In this document: in pieces, positions 1 to 9,750 of the stretch
Layout of the letters: each line of letters starts with the position of its first letter
Numbering within the stretch: position 1 is the first letter of the stretch
Assembly (NCBI GenBank): GCA_937873795.1
Contig: CALMWE010000321.1
Location: forward strand, 1 to 43,316
Direction: 5' to 3'
Origin: an uncultured Bacillales bacterium
GTDB taxonomy: Bacteria > Bacillota_I > Bacilli_A > RFN20 > CAG-826
Length of the DNA stretch: 43,316 nt
Program-made: the position numbers and the translations under genes
Notes under the pieces: model-generated
Told to the model about the DNA's origin: nothing
The model's database searches: none
What the model saw: only the letters and a program-made list of their open reading frames with translations

Positions 1-59
1 TGGTGCGTAAAAAATCCACTTTCTCGTCTCCCAGAAGCATTCGGGTCCGAGTCAATAGA

Positions 60-950
60 TTATCCATGGCGTTGCCCCGCTTTCTTCAGTAACAAGTCGA
101 GCGTTTCCTCTTGGCTATGAGCCCATTCCACCGGAAGTTGATGACGGAAAAAAGTCATTTGCCGTTTCGCATAATTGCGACTGTCTTGCTTGATTTTAAC
201 TTTAGCTTCATCCAAAGTCATTTGACCAGCGAAATGCTCCAACAATTCTTTATAGCCAATACCTTGGAAAGCATGCCGTTTGGGGTCGTATTTTTGAATC
301 AAATTTCGTGTTTCTTCGACCAAGCCTTGCGAAAACATTTTTTCGACGCGTTCATCGATTCGGGCATAAAGGAGTTCGCGGGGAAGGTCAATGCCCACAA
401 ACACGGCTTCGAAAAGACAACGATGTTCTTGGAGTGCGAGGAGTTCGGTTTTATTCATTCCGCGGCTGCGATAGATGGCTAACGCACGAAGCACGCGCTT
501 CCGGTTGTTGGGATGGATTTTTTGAGCATCCACGGGGTCAATGGCGCATAAGCGTTCATGAAGTTCGGCATCGGAAAGTTGTTCCAAATCCGAAACATCG
601 ACGGGAGCTTCTTCGGCAAAGTCATAATCGTAAAGACCGGCACGGATATACAAACCTGTGCCGCCGACCAAAATGAAGTCTTGGTGTTTGGCTTCCATAA
701 ACGCGATGGTCGAGCGTAAATCCGTTTGATACGTTTTCACGTCATAATCGTTTTCAGGTGAGACAAAATCGAAGAGATAATGGGGAATTTTACTGCGTAT
801 GTCTTGACTGGGCTTGGCGGTACCTATGTCGAATTCGCGGTATACCTGAAAAGCATCGCCATTGACGATGGGCAGATTCAAGCGTTGCGCAAAGGCTTCG
901 GCGACGGAGGATTTTCCGCTTCCGGTGGGTCCGACAAGAACATAGATCAT
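60..950 (-). CDS. miaA: tRNA dimethylallyltransferase
   Basis: GPTGSGKS P-loop, DAFQVY..DIGTAKP, VGGTGLY, IHPNN.KRVLRALA and RNYAKRQMTFF motifs; 4-bp overlap with mutL. Confidence 0.97.
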   Translation of the reverse strand: MIYVLVGPTGSGKSSVAEAFAQRLNLPIVNGDAFQVYREFDIGTAKPSQDIRSKIPHYLFDFVSPENDYDVKTYQTDLRSTIAFMEAKHQDFILVGGTGLYIRAGLYDYDFAEEAPVDVSDLEQLSDAELHERLCAIDPVDAQKIHPNNRKRVLRALAIYRSRGMNKTELLALQEHRCLFEAVFVGIDLPRELLYARIDERVEKMFSQGLVEETRNLIQKYDPKRHAFQGIGYKELLEHFAGQMTLDEAKVKIKQDSRNYAKRQMTFFRHQLPVEWAHSQEETLDLLLKKAGQRHG

Positions 951-2704
951 ACGCCGGTCCTCTTGAACATTTTTTCGATTTCGTATTGGGTAAAATGGAC
1001 GATCGTGGGACGTCCGTGCGGGCAGCTATGCGGATTCTCGCAGCGGAGTAAAGTATCTAGAAGATACTGCATTTCGGAAAGCGAGAGACGGTCATGGGCT
1101 TTGACCGAGCGTTTGCAGCTCATCGTTGCGATGACATGGGTTCTCAACTTTGGAATGTCAATTTTGTCGCCATGAAGGGCTTCGTGGAGAATGTCATCCA
1201 CATAGGCCTGTTCATCGTATTCTTTGGCCCATGACGGGATTTGGCGGACTTGATAGGCATTGATGCCAAATGGATCCAATTTAAGCCCTACGGACTCCAA
1301 AAGGGCCATTTTTTCGTTATTTAGGAGTGCCATTTCACTCGGATTCAGGTGCACCACGATTGGAATCAGCGGTTCGCTGACGGTCAACGTGGCATTCATC
1401 AGCTTCTGTAATTTCTCATAATTGATGCGTTCGTTGGCGGCGTGCTGGTCAATCAGATAGAAGCCGCCTTGATCATCTTCGGCAACAAGGTAAGTGAGAT
1501 GAAGTTGGCATAAAGCTTTCAAAGACTGGATTTGCGTTTCGGCATGGGCCGGTTCGTTGAAGGACACTTCGGGTTCTTTAAAAACCGTGACTTCGGGAGC
1601 AGAAAAGACTTCAACTTCTGGTGAGATGGGTTTAGGAGTATACGTATCGAACTCCAATGCCAATTGTTCCTCCTTGACGATCACCGGAGCTTTCGGCACC
1701 GAGACGATGTCGGGAACCAAATTCTTTCCTCTTAAAGCTTCGGGGATTTTTTCCAGTAACGCTAAACGAAGGTCGCCTTCTTTGGAGAAACGGACTTCGC
1801 GTTTGCTCGGGTGAACGTTGACATCCACGAGGGCGGGGTCAATGGTCATTTCAAGAACAACAAAAGGAAACCGGGTCGGTGGAATAAAATCATGATAGCT
1901 GTCGACGATGGTTGATTGGACTTTGGGCATATAAACGTTACGTCCGTTGAGCAACGTAATGATGAAATAACGGTTGGCTTTGGCCATTTCCGGTTTTCCC
2001 AAAAAGCCATCCACGGAAAAATCATTGTTTGAGTAATGAAACGGAATCATCTTTTGGGCGACATCGAGGCCATAAATGTCTTTGATGGTCTCTAATAAAT
2101 TGCCACGTCCGGAGGTGGAAAAGTTTTTACGGTCATCGATATAAAGCGTCATCGCGATTTCGGGATGGGCCAAAGCCAAACGGCACATCGTTTCGATGCT
2201 GTTGGCGTTTTCGGTAAAATCGGATTTCAGGTATTTGAGACGCGCCGGGGTATTGTAGAAAAGTTCTTCGACGGTCACGATCGTGCCTTGGCGCATCGGA
2301 GCGTCATGAGTCGTTAGTTCATCGTCTTCCGAAACCACCGAGGTTCCGGCATTCGATCCGTCACAGGTGACTAACGTCATTTTGCTGACGGAAGCAATGG
2401 ACGGAAGAGCTTCTCCGCGGAAACCAAGGGTTTTGATGCGGAATAAATCAAACGTGGTTAGGATTTTGCTTGTGGCATGACGTTTAAATGCGGCCACCGC
2501 ATCCGTGCGGTCCATGCCGACACCATCGTCTTCAACGACGATTTTGGTACGTCCGGCATCATAGATGAAAACACCGATTTGCCGGCTTTGGGCATCGATG
2601 CTGTTTTCCACCAGTTCTTTGATGACACTGCTGGGCCGTTCGACGACTTCGCCGGCCGCAATCATATTGGCCAGCGCGTTATCCATCACATGAATTTTAC
2701 TCAT
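947..2704 (-). CDS. mutL: DNA mismatch repair endonuclease MutL
   Basis: IAAGEVVERPSSVIKELVENSIDA, TLGFRGEALPSI, VDVNVHPSKREVRF, endonuclease motif DQHAANERINYE and CPHGRP. Confidence 0.98.
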   Translation of the reverse strand: MSKIHVMDNALANMIAAGEVVERPSSVIKELVENSIDAQSRQIGVFIYDAGRTKIVVEDDGVGMDRTDAVAAFKRHATSKILTTFDLFRIKTLGFRGEALPSIASVSKMTLVTCDGSNAGTSVVSEDDELTTHDAPMRQGTIVTVEELFYNTPARLKYLKSDFTENANSIETMCRLALAHPEIAMTLYIDDRKNFSTSGRGNLLETIKDIYGLDVAQKMIPFHYSNNDFSVDGFLGKPEMAKANRYFIITLLNGRNVYMPKVQSTIVDSYHDFIPPTRFPFVVLEMTIDPALVDVNVHPSKREVRFSKEGDLRLALLEKIPEALRGKNLVPDIVSVPKAPVIVKEEQLALEFDTYTPKPISPEVEVFSAPEVTVFKEPEVSFNEPAHAETQIQSLKALCQLHLTYLVAEDDQGGFYLIDQHAANERINYEKLQKLMNATLTVSEPLIPIVVHLNPSEMALLNNEKMALLESVGLKLDPFGINAYQVRQIPSWAKEYDEQAYVDDILHEALHGDKIDIPKLRTHVIATMSCKRSVKAHDRLSLSEMQYLLDTLLRCENPHSCPHGRPTIVHFTQYEIEKMFKRTGV

Positions 2705-2712
2705 CGAATCAC

Positions 2713-5229
2713 CTACTTCATTTTCTTTTTCAGGTCGTATAAATAATTGAGCGCTTCGAGCGGGGTCATCGTCAGCGGATCGATGTTTTTGATTTCTTTG
2801 ATCCAGGCTTCTTCTTTGACCGGCAGAGGCTTTAACACATTGGCGGCAAACGGAACTTCACGGGATTCCAACGTACCCAAGATTTCTTTGGCGCGTGTCA
2901 ACAAAGCATCCGGTAGATGCGCCAAACGGGCCACGTTGATACCGTAAGACTTGTTCATCGCTCCGGGTTTGACTTTATACAAGAACGTGATTTGATCGTT
3001 TTCTTCGGCGACGCACACTTGGACGTTTTTCAGTGTCGTCACTTCGTGTTCGAGCATTGTCAATTCGTGATAGTGCGTGGAGAATAGCGTTTTGGCGTGC
3101 AACCGTGACGTGATGTATTCAATGATGGCTTGGGCGAGTGCCATGCCGTCGAAGGTCGCGGTCCCGCGGCCGATTTCATCAAAGATCAAAAGCGAATTTT
3201 CGGTGGCATGCCGAAGCGCAAAATTGGTCTCGGACATTTCCACCATGAAGGTCGATTGTCCACTGACAAGGTCATCGGATGCACCGATACGGGTGAAGAT
3301 TTGGTCAAAAACCATTAATTTGGCAGATTTGGCAGGGACAAAGCACCCCATCTGCGCCATCACAACCAAAGAGGCGATTTGACGCATATAGGTCGATTTA
3401 CCGCCCATATTGGGGCCGGTAATCAATAACACATCGACATCGGCGGGCATCATCACATCGTTGGCCACGAAGCGACTTTGTTTCATGACTTTCTCAATGA
3501 CCGGATGACGGGCATCCACCACTTCGACGGTGCGGTCGAAATTGAAACTCGGGCGGACATAGTGATAATTGACGCTGACTTCGGACAATGAAGCAAGGAC
3601 GTCGACCAGCGCTAAGGTGTTAGCCAATTGTTGGACTTTCGGGGTTTCCGCTTGAATGCGTTTGCGGAGTTCGACGAACAACTCGTGTTCCATCGTCATC
3701 TGACGTTCATCGGCGGTTAAAATCAAGGCTTCTTTTTCTTTGAGTTCGGGGGTCACGTAACGTTCGCCGGTGGTCAAAGTTTGTTTACGTTCATAGCCGA
3801 ATTCGGGTTTGACGTTGGCGACGTTGCCGTTACTGATTTCGATGTAGTAACCGAAAACTTTGTTATAACCGATTTTTAAGTTTTTGATGCCGGTCTTTTC
3901 ACGTTCGGAAGCTTCCAGATCGGCGACCCATTTCTTTCCCCCATGGGAAAGTTCGATGAGTTCGTCCAGTTCGGGAGAGTAGCCTTTCTTGAAAATGCCG
4001 CCTTCGGTAATTAACACAGGAGCGTCTTCGCGGATAGCTTTCTCGATTTCTTCGACGATCGGCTCCAGCGAATTCATGCGGGAAAGAAGGGCTTCGTAGT
4101 GCGCGTTGTTGAGTTGCGCCAAACGTTTTTTCAAATGGGGAACGACCCGTAACGAATTTCGAAGTTGAAGCATATCGCGGCCGTTGGCGTTGCCATAGCC
4201 GATACGGGCAATCAAACGTTCCAAGTCGTAGATTTCATCCAAGTCTTTACGTAAATCGCCGCGGACCAAGAAATCGTCCATCAAGACGGAAATCATTTCT
4301 TGTCGGCGTAAAATTTCATCCAAGTCCGAAGAGGGCTTTAAAATCCACCGCTTTAAAAGACGGCCGCCCATCGCGGTCTTGGTTTCATCGAGCAACCAGT
4401 ACAACGAGCCATATTTTTCTTCGCTTCGGATCGTCCTGGTCAATTCGAGATTTAACCGTGAGAAGGCATCAATTTGAAGCGTCTTGTTGGTCTTGATGAC
4501 ATTTGCCTTTTGCAAATAATCCAAATTGCGTTTTTGGGTTTTCTTGAGGTAGTTAATCAAACGGACGATGGATTTCATTTGGAAAAGGTCTTTGACGTCC
4601 GCCAAAATGGGTTCATGTTCGAGGTTGACTTGATCATTGTCTTCACGGGAAATCAAAACATTCCGTTTGGCATTGATGGAAAGGATGAGTTCCGGAGAGA
4701 ACGTACTTTTGACGATGATTTCACGGGTTAAAAGGTTATCTAATTCGCTCAGTAACGATTCCAAGTCTTTTTCAACGTTCATGACGGAGATTTCGCCGGT
4801 CGATAAGTCGGCATAACTCAAAACATAGCAAAACTCGGTTTCATCGACGGCGACGATGTAGTTATTTTCGGTTCCCGATAAATCCATTTGGGCCCCGGGA
4901 GTGATGATTTGAATGACATCCCGTTCAACGATGCCTTTTGCCAAGGCTGGATCTTCCAATTGTTCGACGATTCCAACTTTGTAACCACGGGCAATGAGTT
5001 TAGCCACATAGTTTTTGATGGCGTGATGAGGGACCCCACACATCGGGACGCGTTCCGGAGAGCCGGCATTCTTCCCGGTCAAAACGAGTTGGAGTTCTTT
5101 GCTGGCGATTTTCGCATCCTCGAAAAAAAGTTCATAAAAGTCGCCGAGACGGAATAAGATCAAGGTGTCCGGATGTTTTTCCTTGATGGCTAAATATTGC
5201 ATCATCATCGGCGTATATTTTGGTTTCAT
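2713..5229 (-). CDS. mutS: DNA mismatch repair protein MutS
   Basis: TPMMMQY, FRLGDFYELF, ITGPNMGGKSTYMRQ, STFMVEM, DEIGRGT and SYGINVA motifs. Start moved to the ATG at 5229, which has a GAGG RBS upstream. Confidence 0.98.
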   Translation of the reverse strand: MKPKYTPMMMQYLAIKEKHPDTLILFRLGDFYELFFEDAKIASKELQLVLTGKNAGSPERVPMCGVPHHAIKNYVAKLIARGYKVGIVEQLEDPALAKGIVERDVIQIITPGAQMDLSGTENNYIVAVDETEFCYVLSYADLSTGEISVMNVEKDLESLLSELDNLLTREIIVKSTFSPELILSINAKRNVLISREDNDQVNLEHEPILADVKDLFQMKSIVRLINYLKKTQKRNLDYLQKANVIKTNKTLQIDAFSRLNLELTRTIRSEEKYGSLYWLLDETKTAMGGRLLKRWILKPSSDLDEILRRQEMISVLMDDFLVRGDLRKDLDEIYDLERLIARIGYGNANGRDMLQLRNSLRVVPHLKKRLAQLNNAHYEALLSRMNSLEPIVEEIEKAIREDAPVLITEGGIFKKGYSPELDELIELSHGGKKWVADLEASEREKTGIKNLKIGYNKVFGYYIEISNGNVANVKPEFGYERKQTLTTGERYVTPELKEKEALILTADERQMTMEHELFVELRKRIQAETPKVQQLANTLALVDVLASLSEVSVNYHYVRPSFNFDRTVEVVDARHPVIEKVMKQSRFVANDVMMPADVDVLLITGPNMGGKSTYMRQIASLVVMAQMGCFVPAKSAKLMVFDQIFTRIGASDDLVSGQSTFMVEMSETNFALRHATENSLLIFDEIGRGTATFDGMALAQAIIEYITSRLHAKTLFSTHYHELTMLEHEVTTLKNVQVCVAEENDQITFLYKVKPGAMNKSYGINVARLAHLPDALLTRAKEILGTLESREVPFAANVLKPLPVKEEAWIKEIKNIDPLTMTPLEALNYLYDLKKKMK

Positions 5230-5258
5230 ATTCGTTCCTCGAAAATTCAAGTAACCCT

Positions 5259-5267
5259 ATTGTATCA
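5259..5267 (-). promoter_or_regulatory. extended -10 promoter (TGaTACAAT) for mutS-mutL-miaA
   Basis: Minus strand reads GTGTGATACAAT about 30 nt upstream of the mutS ATG and downstream of a terminator; no good -35. Confidence 0.5.
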
Positions 5268-5318
5268 CACGAAAACTTATATTTATGTAAGTTTTAAGGG
5301 CCCTAACAAGCCCGAGAC

Positions 5319-5343
5319 AAAAAAAGCTCCGACTGTGGGAGCT
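5319..5343 (-). terminator. intrinsic terminator after ricA
   Basis: Minus strand AGCTCC-cacagtc-GGAGCT followed by a T run, overlapping the stop codon. Confidence 0.75.
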
Positions 5344-5656
5344 ATTTTTCAAGGATGTTTTTGAGTTGGGTAAGAAGGACGTAAACGTCCGCTTTGCACG
5401 CTTCGTAATTGACCACCAGCGGATGGTTTTGGTACACATCCGAATAGTGTTCGAACAGGGCTTTTTCTTCAGCGTACTTTTTCGGGTTGTGAAGATTCTT
5501 GGCCATTTCCTTTTGATGCAACCGCAGCAGTTCGTTGGTTTTCATCAATTCGGAATCCGCTTCAATCGCCCGTTTAAGAGCAAAGTAGCGTTTGACCTCT
5601 TCACGGTCGAAAAGAACTTCTCGCAACTGGCCGAGTTTTTCTTCAAAATCAGTCAT
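5342..5656 (-). CDS. YmcA/YlbF (RicA-like) regulator
   Basis: 104-aa helical protein with EEVKRY...HQKEM...HPLVVNY pattern; lies immediately after miaB, as ymcA/ricA does in Bacillus. Confidence 0.75.
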   Translation of the reverse strand: MTDFEEKLGQLREVLFDREEVKRYFALKRAIEADSELMKTNELLRLHQKEMAKNLHNPKKYAEEKALFEHYSDVYQNHPLVVNYEACKADVYVLLTQLKNILEK

Positions 5657-7091
5657 GGACGATTTCTCCCATCATCGAATAAAGATGCGATTCCAGGATG
5701 TGGACTTTGACGATCTTCCCGACGAGGTCTTCACTGCCCTGGAAGTGGATCAGCTTCCCGTTTTCGGCATATCCCGAAAGCACGGAATCATTTTTCTTGC
5801 TGGTGCCATCGACGAGGACAGAGACGGTCTTTCCAACCATCGCATCTGCCCGTTTTTCGGCTTCTGCTTCGACGGTCTTTAAAAGCAATGAGAAGCGACG
5901 ATGTTTTTCTTCATCGGTCACGTTATCTTCCATCTTGGCGGCAGGCGTTCCGACACGGGGCGAATAGATGAACGTAAAGCATCCGTCATAACCGACATAA
6001 CGGACCATTTCCACGGTATCCATAAATTGCTCTTCGGTCTCGCCCGGGAAACCGACGATAATGTCGGTGGTTAAAGCTAAACCGGGGATTTTTGCTTTCA
6101 TTTTGTCGACGAGGTCTTTGTACGAAGCCGAGGTATAACGGCGGCCCATATTGCGAAGGATTAAATCATTGCCGGATTGAACGGGTAAATGGATGGCGGG
6201 CATAATGTTGGGATATTGGCCGATGACGTCAATCATGGCATCGGAAAAATCCCATGGGTGCGAGGTCATAAAACGTAATCTGGGAATTCCTAATTTGGCG
6301 ACGTTTTCTAGAAGCGAAGCAAAGGAACTTCCGTCTTTCAGATCTTTTCCATAAGCGTTGACGTTTTGTCCCAAAAGCGTGATTTCTTGATAACCCGCTT
6401 GAACGAGGTCGGCGCACTCTTTGAGAATATCGGCGGATTGGCGTGAGCGTTCTTTGCCACGAGTATAGGGAACGATGCAATACGTACAGAATTTGTCACA
6501 TCCGTACATGATATTGACGAAGGCTTTGAAGCGTTCGGTCCGGACACTGGGAAGATTTTCCGGAACGACTTCGGAACGGGAACGGACATCGATGAGACGG
6601 GTATGCGTCGCCAACACTTCGTCGAGCATATCCAAAAGCTCGTGGATGTTATGGGTTCCAAAGACTAAATCGATGGATTTGTATTTCTTTTCGATGGCTT
6701 CCACCACATGCGCTTGTTGAATCATGCATCCGGCCACCGCGACAATCATGTCGGGGCGTTTTTCTTTGAGTGATTTCAACAGTCCGATTTCGCCAAACAC
6801 TTTATCTTCGGCGTTTTCACGGACCGCACAGGTATTAACAATGACTAAATCGGCTTGGTTTTCGTCTTCGGCTTTGCTGAATCCGGCCATAGCCAAAAGA
6901 CCCGCCATGGTTTCTTCATCGCGGACATTGGCTTGGCACCCGTAGGTGCGGATATAGTACTTTTTGCCATGGGCAGCTTTGAGCAACCGCTCCGATACCC
7001 GGACCTCACTGCGTAAGGTCTCGAAGTCTTTGAAACGGCGGTCTCTTTCTTCGCTCATGATCGGACGGTTTTTGATAACGATGGGACGCAT
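5649..7091 (-). CDS. miaB: tRNA-2-methylthio-N6-dimethylallyladenosine synthase
   Basis: TYGCQAN, NTCAVRENAE, radical SAM GCDKFCTYCIVPYTRG, TDIIVGFPGET, YSPRVGTPAA and a C-terminal TRAM domain. Confidence 0.97.
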   Translation of the reverse strand: MRPIVIKNRPIMSEERDRRFKDFETLRSEVRVSERLLKAAHGKKYYIRTYGCQANVRDEETMAGLLAMAGFSKAEDENQADLVIVNTCAVRENAEDKVFGEIGLLKSLKEKRPDMIVAVAGCMIQQAHVVEAIEKKYKSIDLVFGTHNIHELLDMLDEVLATHTRLIDVRSRSEVVPENLPSVRTERFKAFVNIMYGCDKFCTYCIVPYTRGKERSRQSADILKECADLVQAGYQEITLLGQNVNAYGKDLKDGSSFASLLENVAKLGIPRLRFMTSHPWDFSDAMIDVIGQYPNIMPAIHLPVQSGNDLILRNMGRRYTSASYKDLVDKMKAKIPGLALTTDIIVGFPGETEEQFMDTVEMVRYVGYDGCFTFIYSPRVGTPAAKMEDNVTDEEKHRRFSLLLKTVEAEAEKRADAMVGKTVSVLVDGTSKKNDSVLSGYAENGKLIHFQGSEDLVGKIVKVHILESHLYSMMGEIVHD

Positions 7092-7103
7092 GGAAACTCC
7101 TAA

Positions 7104-7889
7104 CTATTTCTTTTCAAGTAAGTAGACCGGAATGATGTCTTGCGCTCTTCCGGTTTCAGGATCGATATCGAGGACAACGGCGCTGAGAACCGAGTCATCG
7201 CGGTCGTCGACTTCAAATCGTCCGGGCAAATCATGCCACACACGATTAATGACGGCTTCTTTCTTATCGCCGAGAATCCCATTATAAGCTCCCACCATGC
7301 CGACATCGCTCATAAAGGCGGTTCCGTTGGGAAGGATGCGGGCATCGCGGGTTTGAACGTGGGTGTGGGTTCCCAAGACGGCGCTGACTTGGCCGTCAAA
7401 AGCCCAGCCCATGCATTGTTTTTCGCCCGTGGCTTCGGCGTGGAAGTCGACAATGTGAATGTCGGCTCTTTCTTCATGTTCGAGGATTTCTTTGAGGCAA
7501 TCAAACGGGTTTTTGACCTTTTCTTCCATAAATGCACGGCCGAGCAAATTGGTCACGCGGATGGAATATTGATCGCCTTTGTAAAGGACTGTTCCGGTGC
7601 CCGGAAACTCTTTTTCCAGATTGTAAGGCCGGATGATGGAGGTAGCTCCGTCAATGTAGTCCTTAATTTCGCTTTTGGAATCGTAATGATTCCCCAGCGT
7701 GATGCAATCGACGCCGGTTTTCAACAAGTTTTTGTAATGGTTATAAATGATGCCTTTGCCATGAGTGACGTTTTCACCGTTGGCGATGACGAAATCAATT
7801 TGGTATTTCTTTTTAAGTCCTGCCAAATTGCGTTCGACGGTTTCACGACCGTTTTTGCCGACGATATCACCGATAAAGAGTATTTTCAT
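7104..7889 (-). CDS. ymdB: YmdB-family metallophosphoesterase (TIGR00282)
   Basis: ILFIGDIVG, ANGEN, TLGNH, DFHAEATGEK, GTHTHVQT and DVGMVG motifs; downstream of rny. ATG at 7889 chosen; GTG at 7901 is possible. Confidence 0.95.
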   Translation of the reverse strand: MKILFIGDIVGKNGRETVERNLAGLKKKYQIDFVIANGENVTHGKGIIYNHYKNLLKTGVDCITLGNHYDSKSEIKDYIDGATSIIRPYNLEKEFPGTGTVLYKGDQYSIRVTNLLGRAFMEEKVKNPFDCLKEILEHEERADIHIVDFHAEATGEKQCMGWAFDGQVSAVLGTHTHVQTRDARILPNGTAFMSDVGMVGAYNGILGDKKEAVINRVWHDLPGRFEVDDRDDSVLSAVVLDIDPETGRAQDIIPVYLLEKK

Positions 7890-7907
7890 GACATGCCCCA
7901 CTTTCCC

Positions 7908-7931
7908 AAAAAAGGACCCGCTTGGGGTCCT
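7908..7931 (-). terminator. intrinsic terminator between rny and ymdB
   Basis: Minus strand AGGACCC-caagc-GGGTCCT followed by TTTTT. Confidence 0.75.
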
Positions 7932-7936
7932 CAGTT

Positions 7937-9499
7937 TTATTTGGCCGTTTCGATGGCCCTGTATTCACGGATGACCGAGACTTTGATTTGTCCAGGATAG
8001 GTCATTTCGTTTTCGATGCGTTCGCGGATGTCACGAGCTAACTTATAAGCTCCGATATCGTCGATGCGTTCGGGAACGACCATAACGCGGACTTCACGAC
8101 CGGATTGCATCGCGAAGCTTTGCGACACACCCTCATAACTTTTGCAGATTTGTTCGAGTTGCTCGATCCGTTTGACATAGTTTTCAAGCGTTTCGCTGCG
8201 AGCACCGGGACGGGCGGCGGATAAGGTGTCGGCCGCTTCAACGAGGTGCGAAATAACGTATTTCTTTTCGACATCGCCATGGTGGCTTTCAATCGCGTTG
8301 ATGACCACATCCGGTTCGCCGTATTTTTTGGCAAAGCGGACACCGATTTCAACGTGGCTGCCATCCAATTCGAAGTCAGCGGCTTTGCCGATATCGTGGA
8401 GCAAACCAGCGCGTTTGGCTAAGGTTTGATCAAGGCCCAATTCAGCGGCCATGATGCCGGCAAGATAGGCAACTTCAACACAGTGATCGTAGGCGTTTTG
8501 ACCATAGCTGGTCCGGTATTTCAAACGGCCCACATAGTCCAATAATTCGGGGTGGATGCGCGGTAAACCGAGTTTGAACGCGGCTTCTTTACCGGCTTGA
8601 CGCACGGATTCTTGAACTTCGGCTTTGGCTTTTTCAACGACTTCTTCGATACGGCCGGGTTGAATACGGCCATCTTTAATTAAAAGTTCGAGTGAGCGGC
8701 GCGCGGTTTCGCGGCGGATCGGGTCAAAGCAGCTGACGGTGATAACTTCCGGGGTATCGTCGATGATGAGATCGACGCCGAGAAGTTGTTCGAGGGCGCG
8801 GATGTTCCGGCCTTCGCGACCGATGATGCGACCTTTCATCTCATCGCTGGGTAAAGCCACGACGCTGACGGTTCTTTCAGTGGTAACGTCTTGGGCATAT
8901 TTACTGATGGCCAAGCCCAACAAGTCTTGAGCGTTTTTGGCGGCCATTTCTTTGGCTTCGTCTTCTTTGTTACGGATGAATTGAGCAATTTCTTTGCTGA
9001 TTTTGCTTTCGACGCGGGCGAAGATTTCATCGCGCGCTTGATTGACGGACATGTTGGAGACTTTTTCGAGTTCAACAATGATGGAATCAATCTTGGTTTG
9101 GAGAAGGGCTTCTTTGGCATCCACTTCTTTAAACCGTTTGGCTAAGTTTTCATTCTTTTCTTCGAGCGTGTTTTCTTTGGCAATGAGGGCTAGATCACGA
9201 CGATCGATCCCTTGTTCGCGTATGAGTAATTTGTTTTCGGCAGCAACGACTTCTGCTTTCCGCTCCTTAATTTCCTTGTCAGCCTCAATCTTCATTTCGT
9301 ATGCAGCTTGCTTGGCGTCCAATTGGCTGTTCTTAACCAAGTGTTCCGCTTTGATTTCTGCGTCACGAATGATTTTGGCGGCTTTGGCCATCGCTTTTTT
9401 CGATGCGAATAAAGGCACGAAAAAATAAGCGAGTAGACCAACGCCGATTCCGACGATGGCAGCAAGAATAATCAGGAGAATGGCTGTTCCAGTAGGCAT
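7937..9499 (-). CDS. rny: ribonuclease Y
   Basis: N-terminal TM helix, coiled coil, KH domain ([13 protein letters not shown]), HD domain (LLHDIGK), [16 protein letters not shown] at 9499 with GAAAGGGG RBS. Confidence 0.98.
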   Translation of the reverse strand: MPTGTAILLIILAAIVGIGVGLLAYFFVPLFASKKAMAKAAKIIRDAEIKAEHLVKNSQLDAKQAAYEMKIEADKEIKERKAEVVAAENKLLIREQGIDRRDLALIAKENTLEEKNENLAKRFKEVDAKEALLQTKIDSIIVELEKVSNMSVNQARDEIFARVESKISKEIAQFIRNKEDEAKEMAAKNAQDLLGLAISKYAQDVTTERTVSVVALPSDEMKGRIIGREGRNIRALEQLLGVDLIIDDTPEVITVSCFDPIRRETARRSLELLIKDGRIQPGRIEEVVEKAKAEVQESVRQAGKEAAFKLGLPRIHPELLDYVGRLKYRTSYGQNAYDHCVEVAYLAGIMAAELGLDQTLAKRAGLLHDIGKAADFELDGSHVEIGVRFAKKYGEPDVVINAIESHHGDVEKKYVISHLVEAADTLSAARPGARSETLENYVKRIEQLEQICKSYEGVSQSFAMQSGREVRVMVVPERIDDIGAYKLARDIRERIENEMTYPGQIKVSVIREYRAIETAK

Positions 9500-9746
9500 A
9501 ATGACAGTTTCCCCTTTCAATGGTTTGCCTGCACGGTGAATTGAGTTTCACGGGGGTTCAATTCAGACGGCTTATAATCCGTGGTCGACGGAAAAATAAA
9601 ATAACCGCAATTTGCAGATATTTTTACTCAAAAATCGCTCCTATTGGAGATTCCATTCGCTGTTTTTTATGCTCACGGGCTTGGGCCCGATTACAGAACC
9701 TACGTAAACGACTCTTGAGTATATGTGTCAGTATCCGAAGATACAC
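9500..9746 (-). ncRNA. putative structured 5' leader or ncRNA upstream of rny
   Basis: About 245 nt between a promoter and the rny ATG. Contains a UUCG hairpin, a 16-bp G-U-rich stem (9625-9640/9706-9721) enclosing further helices, and a perfect 8-bp stem (9537-9544/9558-9565). Family not recognised. Confidence 0.55.
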
Positions 9747-9750
9747 ATGT

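Noticed and set aside
947-949. Mycoplasma-type code (TGA = Trp)
   Set aside because: mutL, der, nth and sufS end in TGA at their expected C-termini, and conserved genes are uninterrupted in the standard code.
5230-5250. Longer N-termini from the ORF track (mutS, rny, gpsB, nth, dnaD, cmk, fer, ribU, parB, sufB, sufU, hit, recX, first ABC gene)
   Set aside because: Downstream starts have better RBS spacing and match family N-termini, so the extensions are ORF-caller artefacts.
7140-8000. 286-aa plus-strand ORF antisense to ymdB
   Set aside because: Mirror frame of a conserved gene, with no RBS and no recognisable motif. The many other short antisense ORFs in the track are rejected for the same reason.
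9530-9746. Possible 6S RNA or SRP RNA
   Set aside because: No single rod with paired ends and a central bubble, and no SRP helix-8 motif visible. It is left as an unassigned RNA; a covariance search is needed to exclude these formally.
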